A stretch of DNA of 64,000 nucleotides from Tubulanus polymorphus (Eukaryota; Animalia; Nemertea), in NCBI RefSeq assembly GCF_964204645.1, contig NC_134030.1:19428210-19492209 (forward strand). The letters are read 5' to 3'. A model generated the notes under the pieces. The model did no database searches. It saw nothing but the letters and a program-made list of their open reading frames with translations, and was not told the DNA's origin. A program made the position numbers and the translations under genes. This document shows positions 1 to 11,625 of this stretch, piece after piece (position 1 is the stretch's first letter; each line of letters starts with the position of its first letter).

Positions 1-100
1 ACTCGGAGTGTTTAGAGAGGGTTAACGCGTATCCGTCGTCGAAAGTGCTCTCGGTGTAAGACGATAAGACCTCGCTGTTAAGTCGTCTTGTGCGCGGCGG
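1..100 (-). CDS. Possible next exon of the same unidentified gene (PPRTRRLNSEVLSSYTESTFDDGYALTLSKHSE...), running off the window
   Basis: Acceptor gtctattgaaatag| at 101. Phase 0 matches the 285 donor and the frame is open to the window edge. Confidence 0.35.
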
Positions 101-284
101 CTATTTCAATAGACACAACTCTCCACGCCGCTCAACACCAGTAAAACACGTTAATAGTTCCATCGATCAATACGCGCTCAGAAACACACACACACACACA
201 CGCATGGACACATTAAAGTGAATGCGCGATTGTCAGAGACATTTTTTTCCTCACTCACGATTTCTCTAAAAAAAAAAACGTTAC

Positions 285-599
285 CTGCTGCTCAAATGAG
301 TCCCCAGAAAATGGCCATTCCGCATTCCACCGAAGATTTCGCTTGTGGCAAGTGTGGATCCACCGGAGGGGGCGCTGCTGTATGGTATGGGATATGGTTC
401 TGGTCCAGACTGAGGGGGTTGCAATGAGGAATTCAAGCCTTGTAGCCAGGCCAAGAGGGCGTATGGAGGCTGAGAGGGGAGGGTGCAGGCTCTGAGAGCA
501 TATTTCCATCGGCTTAGGAGTGGGGCTAAGGGAATGGGTTTTACAAGGCCAGGATATTAGGCCAGGCGGAAGGGTGCTTTGGTCCTCGGCTAACGACAT
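285..599 (-). CDS. Possible first coding exon of an unidentified gene (MSLAEDQ...SFEQQ, 105 aa); the exon probably starts at the acceptor at 901
   Basis: accATG with an in-frame stop just upstream. Open for 105 codons to a good donor CAG|GTAACG (phase 0). Pyrimidine-rich acceptor ...tttgttaagtgcag| at 902. No recognisable domain. Confidence 0.35.
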
Positions 600-3074
600 G
601 GTTCAGGTTCACGCTTAACGGATTGTTTGAGATACCTAATCTTTAGGGTCCACGGTGAGTAGCCTACCGGGGTCGAGGTATGATGTGGTGGCGCTAGAAA
701 AAGGGATAAACCCAGGCTGTTGGAACTGTTCCAGTCTTTATTGGTTGGATGAATATGGCTCCAGTCTTTATGGGTTGGTTTAGAGATCCGGCGGAGGGAA
801 AGGAAATAGCAGAGCTTTGAATGCATCGCTAAAAATCGGCGGCGAATTTTTCGTGTAATCACGCGCTTTCGCTAGGAAGCCACCAGTTTTCCGTGTGGAG
901 TCTGCACTTAACAAACAGATAAACAAGAAACTAACAGAGCGACGCACAGACTAAGAGGATTTCGCGGATACTCCTTGACGCGGTCGACAAAGACGAGAAA
1001 TTCGGTCTTCGGGTGTTTTTAAAAACCGAATTTACGGAAGGGCTTTTAGGCCCACGCGCGTCGTAGTAATACGATGATCTATATAGCGGGGCTACTTCGC
1101 AAATAAGGATGGGTTGCCGAGTCGAGAGGCGCGCATAACCGCATCCCAATACATTAGTCTGATAAACCGTTTTAGATTAGTCATTACGCAGACAGTAATC
1201 AATCAATTTAGTCCGCGCTTGCAGGTTACGCTAAAGCATATCGGGACGCATTTTCCGAAGAAAGCAGACACCTCTAAGAGGAACTTTTCAAACGGACTTT
1301 ATAGTGATTGCATAATAAATAGACATAAAGAGCCCGTGTCGAATTAAGCCATCGTAACCGTGAAAATGGGTGCAGAGCCAACTCACTACGGATCCGACAC
1401 GACCGTGAAATAAAGTCCATGATAAAACCCGTACATTTTTTTCAATACCCTCAACCCGCTAAGCGCCACGCAGGGCATTATAATTTGGTTCGCTGTTTCT
1501 TTTTTCCCAATGCGGGAGAGACCGGAGAAGAACCTTCGACCAAGAAACCCTGTCGGCACCAGGGTTAGAACTCTGAATTGATGAGACCAGCGATGAATTG
1601 ATGAAACTCGTATATTATCTGTGAATCAAACTCGGTTCTCCCATCTCGGATATTCATCTACGTCTTATATTATGTGTGCACAGTTTGGTTCCAGTTTCGT
1701 GCGAGTTCAAACGCGGTTCGCCGCGCGCGTGTTTGTTCGAAGGGTCACGGTCGCGTGACCTATTTTATAGTCGCCTCGAAGCGGCGTCGTGTAGGCCTTT
1801 AATTACATCCGGTCTGCCGCCATTATAAAATCGAAACGCGATCGCGAAACGGCGTCTACCCTGCAGCTCCCTCCACCGATTCGTAGAAACTAAACGCTTG
1901 TTATTTGTTCTCGAAAAGATTTTTCCAAACCGAGTATCTCATTATAAGTGCTGTTTTCTTCGGATGTCAATCGTCGAAACAAATTCGCTAAATGGCGTTT
2001 AAAGTTTCATGCACCGGTGACTTAAATCCTCCTGGGAGCTTGGGAAGTGAAAAACACGGAATTGAGGAGTCGAATATTAAAAAAGAAAACTTTTGAGGCG
2101 TTTCCCATTTGATGTATACAGTAAACAGTATACTGTAAATTGTATTACGTTTTCATGGACACAAATAATTATGCAAAATTATGGATCCGCACTGCAGTTG
2201 TGTAGATCTAAGATGTCTCCGTACCAGGTTCCACAGCGTTGCGGGTGTATAATTCGCTTCTGAATCCAGTGCGCCGCGAGTAAGTTTAAATTGACACTTT
2301 TAAAGCCAGTTCGATCCGATGGAAATGTCAACCGTCTTGATTTCGGCTCGGAGCATAGTAATCAACTTTCTATTTCGGCCAAAAAGAATATATGTTCTGT
2401 TTCTGGTCAGGTCCTTCTGCACAAAATGATGCGGTTTTTTTCAAATCCTACATTTGACTATCGAATGTGATGGATTAGTCGACAGGGACAGATCCGAACG
2501 AACGTATAGTAGCCGGCCCTTTCAAAATTGATATCGATATCAACATGCTTTTGGTTTTCGTTTACAATCAGATAAAAGATGAATTGCTGGACTAAACTTC
2601 CGCGTTTGACGACATCGGTGACTAGATGGCGCTAGCGCACGGTGCGTGAATTTTGGAGCCGACTTTTGTTTCCGAAAAAAAAATTTCGAAACGGCGTTTC
2701 TAGATCGACGTGCGTGCTGAATAGAAACAGAATACATTTTTTGTTTGGCCTTATGTCAGCACAATATACATCAGACTGAAAAACCCCTCAAAACACATCT
2801 GAATCAGAAGGTTATTTTAAAGAACTTGAATAGATACATGGCAAGTCGCGGTACTAGGGGTGACAATCGTTTTCTATCTTGACACTATTTCCTCATGGAT
2901 GTATCCGGTAACCGCGTTACCAATTACTTCGTGATATAACTACATGGATTTGACATTTAGATGTCGGTGCTCCATTTATCCGCATCTCGAATTTCTTAAT
3001 AATCTCATGTAGATTGTATCAATCGGGAGAAGGGAACCACCCCTCAAGACGTCAAGTAACGAAGTCTGGACGGC

Positions 3075-3830
3075 GCTCAGTTCTCGGAAGTGTGCGGATA
3101 AAAATGTTTAATGTCTGCTACTTCATTACAATTAATTCCTAGCTGAAGCACTGAAAACATGTGAAGTGTGGAGGATCAGTTTTTAAAGATGCCCTGATAA
3201 AATGTCTAATATCTGGTGTTTGTAGTTCATTTTCAATTAAAAATGTCTCAGGCGAAGTTCTGAATACATTTGAAGTGTGGACGATCAGTTTTTAAAGATG
3301 CGCTGGTGAAATGTCTAATATCTGGTGTTTGTAGTTCATTTTCAATAGAAAATGTCTCAGGTGAAGCACTGAACACATGTGAAGTGTGGACGATCATTTT
3401 TGAAAGTTTGCTGATAAAATGTCTGTCTGGTGTTTGTAGTTCATTTTCAATTAAAAATGTCTCAGGTGAAGCACTGAACACATGTGAAGTGTGGACGATC
3501 ATTTTTGAAAGTTTGCTGATAAAACGTCCAAGGCTAAACAAAAATGATACCTTGTTTCTCCGCTGTGGTCGGGTCATTTTTGTAAAATATGATGAAAATT
3601 GTAATCAGTTCATTTCTATAGCGGCCGGTTTCTTGTGGTAAAATTGATCACAATTCAAAAAAAAGTAATGTATAGGGTAGATAGGCAACCGGCCGGGTCA
3701 ACTCAGCAGAGCGGAGAAACAAAATATCACTTTTTAGCCTAATGTCTGGTATTTGTAGTTTATTTTCATTTAAACATGTCTCAGGTGAAGTACTGAACAC
3801 GTGAAGTGTGGACGATCAGTTTTGAACTGT
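3075..3830 (+). repeat. Dispersed ~108-bp tandem repeat family A (interrupted here by a MITE at 3532-3739)
   Basis: Unit gtgaagcactgaacacatgtgaagtgtggacgatcagtttttgaaagtgtgctgataaaatgtctaatgtctggtgtttgtagttcattttcaattaaaaatgtctcag. Further 2-4-unit arrays at 12285-12650(-), 18235-18575(-), 19310-19648(-), 32515-32612(-), 39570-39985(+), 49736-50215(-) and 57575-57885(+). Confidence 0.9.
3532..3739. mobile_element. Tourist/PIF-Harbinger-like MITE, TAA TSD
   Basis: TIR ggctaaacaaaaatgataccttgtttctccgc...gcggagaaacaa..tatca..tttttagcc. Splits family A at gtc-taa-tgtc. Confidence 0.75.
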
Positions 3831-5473
3831 TTGCCGGAGTGATTAAGGTTTTGCAGGTTTTTATGAGTGATTAAGGTTTTCGTTTTTCGATTTCGACATT
3901 ATAGGTTATACGTGCACATACGCATGCATAACGCTTATTGAAAGGTCATTTCAACCATTACTCGCCGAAGCTATGTGTGAATGAGGTTAAAATCTGATAT
4001 TTCATAAAATGGGGAATCGGTACAAACCACATCACACTCAGTTTAGAAAATACGTAGTAAAAATTAGTTCATTTTCAATGAACTTTGAACTGGATTTTTA
4101 GGCTCCCTAATGGAAATATCGCCAAATAAGTCATCGAATTGTTATACGACTGACGTTTCCAATAAAGTGTATATGGTATAGTTTTATTAGAAATTTATTT
4201 ACTAATCAGAAAAGTTGACTCGAATTTAATTGTAATGTAGAATAAATTGAAGCGCGGTAACCGAATAACCACTAGCGAACCTAGCGGATCCTCGCCTGCC
4301 GTACTTGGAATCCTCGATTGCCACAGTTAGTAGCGGTGCCGGCACCCCATTGTGCAAATTCAATCACAATTTCACGCTAGTTCTGTTTGATTCTTTTTGG
4401 TCTTGAGGTATTTAGATACCGGCATAAATGGAGAAATAGATGTAAAATCACTGTCACTTGTCCATAACAACACAGGACACTGGCTGTATAGATTAGCTCT
4501 CCAGAGGCCTCGGGAACGAGTCCCTGACTTCCCATTGAGGATATCCTTTTTGTCGAGAGAAAGATTATCAAAACTTGCAAAGTAATTGACGCTTGTCTTC
4601 CCTGAAACTGCATATCTGTGGATGTATTTCTTCAAGAATTTCCTATACCCGTCCCTGCCCTATGGACCCAGTTTCATAAAAAGGATTAACTCCTGAATCG
4701 ATTTAAGATAAAGTGAATTGATGAAGAAATAAAAGTCTAACTTTTTGTAAAACTGAAACCTGAAGGCTTCAGGCTACGGACTTTTGCTGCCAAACACCAA
4801 CAGACCAGATTTTATATGAAATATACCTTTTATTTTGAAATTTTCATCGATATTCACAGAAACATAGATTCCTATAGAGAAAGTAAAAACGACTTTTGTT
4901 CGAAAGATCGGGAACAGATTATGTTAGATACAACTATGTATGTAATATGTATATATATATATTTATATATACATATATATATATATTTTTCAAATTTAAA
5001 CAAAATGAAAACTTTTCAAATTTAATGCAAACCTCATTCGACACTTATTGTTCTCAATATTACATATTTCTATTTTCCAACCTCTAAAATAAAGTCCCTC
5101 AGTCAAACAGGACACATACGGCGATGATATATATATATTTATAGATGTTGTTTCGCGGAGAGTTCCGACGTTTTTCCGAGTTCTCTTGTTGGTTATCAAC
5201 ACCGTTCAGCCTTAAGAGAACTCGCCATAAGTAATATCAACAGGCATCCAGCGATGGGGTACAGGCAACTGTGGCAAGTGAGCAGTCACTAGGTGTCGCC
5301 AGCCGAAATAAATCAATCTTGAACATTTCAATGAAAAACGTATGCACTTTTCGTATCTCTGTCCTAACATATCAAATATCGATAAGAACTATGCAAATCT
5401 TCGGGTAGAAAATTATAATTGAAAATGAATCATTTTTCGAGACTCATAATCAAGTTGTAAGTTTAGAAATCTA

Positions 5474-5598
5474 GGGCCAGGTGCTCATAAGTTGGTTAAA
5501 GATAACCGGCGGATAAATACCATAGCAACAATGATATTTCAATTGTCACTATGTCAACCATCCACTGGTTAACTGTAACCAACTTTTGAGCAACCTGA
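5474..5598. mobile_element. MITE family E (second, inverted copy at 52153-52274)
   Basis: TIR gg..ggttgctcaaaagttggtta; the two copies are colinear in reverse complement. Confidence 0.7.
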
Positions 5599-6024
5599 CA
5601 TCAACGGTTAGAATTTAAATGTAACTGTTCTAACCGTCTGTTTCATCGCGCCATCTGGCGGCATAGTCGGTACCACTTAGTTGAATGGGTAACCGGAACT
5701 AAACAGATGGCGCCATGAAACACTGGGTCAGACGTAGTGAAAACCAGTTCATTTTCGATGAAATTGGAACTTGTTTTTTAGGCTTACAAATCTGAAAACT
5801 ATCAAACAGTTCATGATCGAATAGATATAAGATTCACTTTCTTGCTTAGCTCAATTAGTTTACGGTTCTTGCAGATGACGTCGAGATTTGATTTACTTAT
5901 GTGAAATATCAACTCGAATTTGATTGAAACGTTGAAGAAAATTGAAGCGCGGTAACCGGATAATTACCAGCGACACCTTGCGGAACACTCACTTGCCACA
6001 TAATCGAGGCCGGTACCCCGTTCT

Positions 6025-6030
6025 TTTATT
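6025..6030 (-). terminator. Candidate polyadenylation signal (AATAAA) of the tachykinin gene
   Basis: First minus-strand AATAAA I saw downstream of the putative stop at 6330. Confidence 0.3.
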
Positions 6031-6329
6031 ATCCGAGAAAGTAAAAACTGCTATGCGAAATATCGGATGCTGTATTAAATCCATTGAACGTGTTTTAGCG
6101 TCGACGAATCCGCTTCCGATTTTTGTCTTGTTTCTTTTTAATTAAGGCGAATTCGCTATATTGCGAAATTATCAGCCGAGAAATACCATCGTTGAAAAAA
6201 AAAATAAAGCGTATCGATTTTTTTCGACGAAGATCAGGTTGCTATCGTCGAAATGAGTTGCATTGTTGTCGACTATCCCCTGGCAGACGAACGAAACGTG
6301 CAAGTTAAGTTCAAGGTCGTCCGCGTTGC

Positions 6330-6337
6330 TTACATTT
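6330..6337 (-). CDS. Tk: Probable terminal coding exon of the tachykinin precursor (...E-M-stop), followed by 3' UTR
   Basis: Very strong acceptor gtttctgtttttgtgtttttcag|AA ATG TAA. Phase 1 gives E-M-stop. AATAAA on the minus strand at 6030-6025, about 300 nt downstream. The coding part is too short to validate by itself. Confidence 0.55.
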
Positions 6338-7140
6338 CTGAAAAACACAAAAACAGAAACCGTTGAATGAAAATACAGTTGATTATCCATTTCGAAAAGT
6401 AAAGTTATTCGAGCAGCTATAAGCTCGGATTAACAGGACACACGAACGCGTCGAGTTGTGAGATACCGGTATACACCACCAGATGGCGTGAATAACCGAA
6501 AGTGTTCAGATTTTATAACGGGTCCATAATCCAGAATTTAGATTATTGCTCGCCCCTCGAAAACAATCTCAAACATAAATATCGTCACCAAATCCTAGAA
6601 CGATAAATGCAATTTATAACACGGTTTTTGGAGTAGTTTTCATCGATTTACTTCGCGAAGAAACATTGAATCGATTATAATCTGCAAAATACGTCGACAA
6701 CTGAGTGTATACCAGCGACACCTAGAGTCTCATTTACCATAAGTAGAATCCTTCAATTTTTCGCAGTAGTTGGAGTCCTACTGCACAGTAGCGACAGTTG
6801 ATGGATCCTTACTTGCCACAAGTGGAATCCTCCATCCATTCTTCCGCAGTAGTTGGTCCTGCTGCCTACTAGCGTCGCCTTCCGGATCCTCACTTGCTGC
6901 GAGTAGAGACCTTGATCCCCAAAACAGCCGTCCTATTGCCCTAATGGATCCTCGCACGTGCGCCCAGGATTCCAGGAGTCGACAACGCGCAGTTGGATGT
7001 TTACTACTGCGGCAATCGAGGATTTCATTTGTGGCAAATCAGGAAACACCAGGTGTCGCTTGTAGTTACTCGGTCTTCCACGCCACATCTAGTAGGAATA
7101 CCACTAAGATGAAATCATAAAGAGATAACTTCTGTTGTAA

Positions 7141-7359
7141 GGCTAAACAAAAATGATACCTTGTTTCTCCGCAGCGGCCGGGTCATTTTTGTAAAATATG
7201 ATAAAATTTATAGACAGTTCATTTCTATAGCGGCCGGGTCTGTTATGGTAAAATTGGTCACGATTTTAAAAAAAGTAATGTATAGGGCAGCTAGGCGGCC
7301 GGCCGGGTCAACATTTAAGCTCAGCAGAGCGGAGAAACAAGGTATCAATTTTTTTAGCC
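7141..7359. mobile_element. Second copy of the TAA-TSD MITE
   Basis: TAA|GGCTAAA...TTTAGCC|TAA, TIRs of about 32 bp, colinear with 3532-3739. Confidence 0.8.
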
Positions 7360-7656
7360 TAAGCATGCCAGATACTGTTGTATTCACAAATATCTGTATT
7401 TATCGCGGATAGATTTCGAACAGCAGTTTCCTCGTAATCTTCTACGATATTTTACGTTTTACGTAACTTTTCAGGATTTCAGTTCAAACAAGCCTTGATT
7501 TTATTCCGAAACCGCGAGTGTTATTTTACAAGATAATGTGTCAAACACATTGTTGCAATTGTTTCTAAAATAAACAAAGAAACTATAGCGGGATAGCTGA
7601 CGCCACGTGGCCTCGAGATTAACGGTTAACGGTACCGATAAAAAAGTTGCGATCCC

Positions 7657-7935
7657 AATCATTCGCCTGCCGGTTCAGAATGAATGAATGATTGTTTGAA
7701 TGAAATAGAACCGACATTTCCAATTATGTACTTCGATTTAAACAAACTGTTGTAAACCCGACCGCCGATCACACAACAATATCTGTACTTCGATTTCCGT
7801 TTCAAAATCAAACCCCCTGTTTCGCTCCCGGCAGGTGTGGTGGGTTTGTAAGGGACACCAAAATAAAAAAATTCAAACAAAATTTTTCAACCAAATTACT
7901 AACAGGGTCAATCCCTATTTCAAGACCAAAAAGCT
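7657..7935 (+). repeat. Unclassified ~280-bp dispersed repeat family H
   Basis: Shared cagtcgcttgccggttcag...ccggcaggtgtggtgggtttgtaagggacacc...ccctattt. Copies at 8415-8670(+), 13075-13300(-) and 37047-37330(+). Confidence 0.75.
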
Positions 7936-9654
7936 GCGATACGGCAATGTACCAATTAATATTGCCGATCAGTAACCGAGTCTAAAACTGCTATCGCGTC
8001 TCGTGGGCGAAAACCGTTCCAGCTTCTTGAATTAAACGCAAGCTATTCGAGAAGCAATGAGAACTTCTCCCTCAATATGAAACATAGTACGGTTTTCATT
8101 CGTTCGCAAAACACATTTCGAAAGATGATTCCTCGAGTGACCTTCGATGATCGCGGAAACAGGACTCGTTTTCAAAGCGACGATTATTTCGACGTCTCAC
8201 CTATTACTTGCAACCTGAACCTATAGATATGAAGGCTTAACGCCGGTTATATATTTCCGCAGGGGGAGGGGATTAGCCAGTCGACGAATGTTTTCATATT
8301 TGATAAGCTTCTTTCCTCGGGTGTGTTTTATATTGCACTCAGAAAAACAATAGACAAAAGGTTTGCATTCGGTTTTTTGAATAAAATGACTTTTCCGAAC
8401 GCCCGTCAAGGCTGGTCAGTCGCTTGCCGGTTCAGTTCAGTCGGACGATTATCAAAACGAACCAGAACCGAATTTACCGATTTTGTGCTTCGATGAAAAC
8501 AAAACATTATGTTGATCAACTATATGTGTACTTACATTTCTGGTTTCGAAACCAAACACCCTATTTCGATACCGGCAGGTATGCTGGGTTTGTAAGGGAC
8601 ACCGAATAAAAAAAAATCAAACGAAATCTACCAGGATCGACCCTAACCCTATTTTGCGATAGAAAAATACTAACTAGCTGACTGAAAGTCAGAAAAAGTC
8701 AAAGATTTCGGTTGTATACGTCTCCTCGGTATAGAATAAAACTCAACAAATTCTAGATTGGAGTAATATCCATGGTTTTAAGGAATGCTGTAAAAATCTA
8801 AACGCGAGCGAATCTTCCAAATAAGTAAAACATGTTCCGGGTATTGTTTGTTTCAGAAATGTTCCAGAGAATCATTAACTAATTTTTCGCTAAAAATCAT
8901 CATCAATTTTCACAGTTAAATGGAAAAAATATCATTTTCAATTATCTGTATCAAAATTGTGTGGAATATGTACAGTTAAGAAAACAAAAATTTTATCGAA
9001 ATGTTAACCGATAAATGATACGCAGAAATTGGGTAAACCTGTTTAATTCCGACGTATTCCGCGCCGATTTTTGAATAGATTTTTTATCAGGATATGCGCA
9101 ACGCGCCGAGGACGCTGTCAGTTGGATAATGTCACGGAAAGATGAGAATCAAATTTCTTTTTCAACGAAATTCGTAAAACCTTACGAGCAGATTGCGAAG
9201 ACGCGTCTTCAAACAAGAGCGGAGTAAATTTCCAACATTTCCGACGTGGCAAAAAACACCCCGCTCGTGAAACTTTATGTGAATGCCGAATGCGGGCGGC
9301 TCCGATTACATTAAGGGGACTGGAGGTGACGACGAAACAGGTTTTTATCAAACAAAACTAAATATACGGATACTTATATTCTACACCAACATTGTTTGAA
9401 TTATTCAGCATTACCGAGAATTCGAAAACGTTCGTTCGTAGAGGTGGGCGTGCAGCACTTTCGTATCGGGTGACTTGATCAAGGGGTCTGGCACTAACCT
9501 CAAAGGCATAAAAATGATTCATGAAGTGAAAATAGGTGCAACTGATTTAGCGGTGGAAATATGTCGTTTTACGTTTTTGTTGTATCTCTTAGTGATCTTT
9601 CGAACTGACAAACTTCGTTAAACATTTGTAGGTTGAACTGGTAGACTTCAAAAG

Positions 9655-9949
9655 TACTTTTAAGTTCACGATTGATAGAACACTATATCCGTGTTGACGC
9701 GATGTGGAGAGAATCCCACAATTATAACGAAAAAGTCCGAAAATGAAACTTCGAGATAGTAGTTTATTTCAACGTTTCGACTATATCCTAATAGTCATCT
9801 TCAGGAATAATGATTCCTGAAGATGACTATTATTCCTGAAGATGACTATTAGGATATAGTCGAAACGTTGAAATAAACTACTATCTCGAAGTTTCATTTT
9901 CGGACTTTTTCGTTATAATTGTGGGATTCTCTCCACATACTTTTAAGTT
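9655..9949 (-). mobile_element. Penelope-like (PLE) non-autonomous insertion: inverted pLTR pair carrying minimal hammerhead ribozymes
   Basis: 12-bp TSD tacttttaagtt (9655-66 and 9938-49), a 35-bp unpaired tail, and a perfect 110-bp inverted repeat (9702-9811 / 9829-9938). Each arm has CTGAAGA-t-GACTAT/ATAGTC-GAAA-CGTT. Confidence 0.8.
9831..9875 (+). ncRNA. Minimal type I hammerhead ribozyme motif (mirror copy on minus strand at about 9765-9809)
   Basis: CUGAAGA at 9836-42, 6-bp stem II, GAAA at 9862-65, palindromic ACGU stem III, GUU site, short stem I UUC/GAA. Confidence 0.65.
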
Positions 9950-10663
9950 GTATGCGATTAGAACGCGTAACCTCGGGGTGGGTTATACATATATAGAGCT
10001 ATGTTGTAATTAGAGAACTCTAAGTGGTTTTAGAAATTAAAATTCCGAAGTATCTCTCACCGATTGGTTGGTTGAAATGATGAACTTAGCGAATTACTTT
10101 CCAATGATTCATCAACTAATGAAGTACTAAGCATGTGATTCGTGAATTTCATAAACTGAAGTACCTTTAAGTCATTCGTCGGTTAGACTTGCAAATTCCG
10201 TAAGTGTTTCAAGTGTATTGTGATTTTACATATCATATACTACACTTCCGGTTACTGCCAGTAGGTTGAACTGAAGTAAACTTTTGGCGGTAAAGGTCCT
10301 GCAAGTGATTCGTCGGTTAAATAAGTGTACTTCTAATTGAATGGTGGTTTTAAGGGTTTGAACTAGTAATTTGCAGAGTACTTCTTTTTAAAGTTTTCGG
10401 GGAGTATAACTGATATCCTGCTGTTGAAGGACTTTTAGTTAATTCGTAGCCAAGCGATAAAAGGGTTCAATTTGCAAAAAGAATAATGAACTAGTTTTGA
10501 GCGAATCTCGGGATGGACTGACGAGATTAGAATATTGCAACTAAGCTATACTGAAATGAACACAATTCGTTCAGCCCCCGTAAAAACGAAAACATCTGTA
10601 ACTGGGTCATGTGGAGCGTTTGAAAAATTTCTACCTGAAAATTAATTCTGCGACCTTTAAACT

Positions 10664-10669
<6 letters not shown>

Positions 10670-10722
<53 letters not shown>
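10670..10722 (+). repeat. (CT)n microsatellite
   Basis: Read directly from the sequence. Confidence 0.95.
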
Positions 10723-10723
<1 letters not shown>

Positions 10724-11091
10724 AGATTAAACGAAAAAATCTATACAACAACAAGTGTTTTGTAAAGCATCGCGGGGGGATTAAAATAAACCGTGTGTAC
10801 GGCGTAATCTGCTTACGTCAGGGGAGTTAGTAAACAAATCAAAAACTTCGTGCGTCAATAACTTTTAAATCATCACCGCTTAGGAAAATACTATTACTAA
10901 TGATAATGATGATACTAACTATAATGACAATAGTCATATATGATTTAGCGCAGGTATCCAAACTAAGAGTCTGTTCAAGTGCACTCCAGATTTGGTATTA
11001 TTACCCCTAGCCTATAACTCTGTTTATGCATCATTCATCTCTCCCTGGGGAGAAGTTACATCCAAGCAGCTGCTAAGTGACAGGTTGTTTA

Positions 11092-11625
11092 CCAGGTTCG
11101 AATCCCTGCGACGGGGGTATGTGGCAAAGTCTCACGATGTCATCAGGTTCAACTCCCTGCGAGGGAGGAACGCGGCAGAGTCTCACGATGTCATCAGGTT
11201 CGAATCCCTGCGAGGGAGGAATGTGGGAGAGTCTCACGACGTCATCAGGTTCAACTCCCTGCGAGGGAGGAACGCGGCAGAGTCTCACGATGTCATCAGG
11301 TTCAACTCCCTGCGAGGGAGGAACGCGGCAGAGTCTCACGATGTCATCAGGTTCAACTCCCTGCGAGGGAGGAACGCGGCAGAGTCTCACGATGTCATCA
11401 GGTTCAACTCCCTGCGAGGGAGGAACGCGGCAGAGTCTCACGATGTCATCAGGTTCAACTCCCTGCGAGGGAGGAACGCGGCAGAGTCTCACGATGTCAT
11501 CAGGTTCAACTCCCTGCACGAGAGGAACGTGGCAGAGTCTCACGATGTCATCAGGTTCAACTCCCTGCACGAGAGGAACGTGGCAGAGTCTCACGATGTT
11601 AACAGGTCCGAATCCTTGCGAGGCT
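11092..11625 (+). repeat. 51-bp minisatellite, about 10.5 near-identical units, tRNA/SINE-head derived (A box + B box per unit)
   Basis: Unit caggttcaactccctgcgagggaggaacgcggcagagtctcacgatgtcat. GGTTCRAMTCC matches the B box and YGGCAGAGT is A-box-like. Diverged relatives at 23075-23225(-), 32305-32350(-), 36445-36560, 50600-50775(+) and 55445-55505(-). Confidence 0.9.

Noticed and set aside
4372-4635. Overlapping 62-87-aa ORFs in a CpG-poor block
   Set aside because: No recognisable domain and no convincing splice pair. It may be an old TE fragment, but I cannot support that.
8290-8345. Extra tachykinin exon (HTRGKK) on the minus strand
   Set aside because: No F at -5, no upstream dibasic site and poor splice sites.
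11128-11150. CTGATGA on the minus strand of the 51-bp unit as a hammerhead core
   Set aside because: It is followed by catcgtGAGA, with no stem II and no GAAA.
11092-11625. CRISPR array or 200-aa repeat protein
   Set aside because: Units are contiguous with no unique spacers, there are no cas genes, and the context is eukaryotic. The ORFs exist only because 51 is a multiple of 3.
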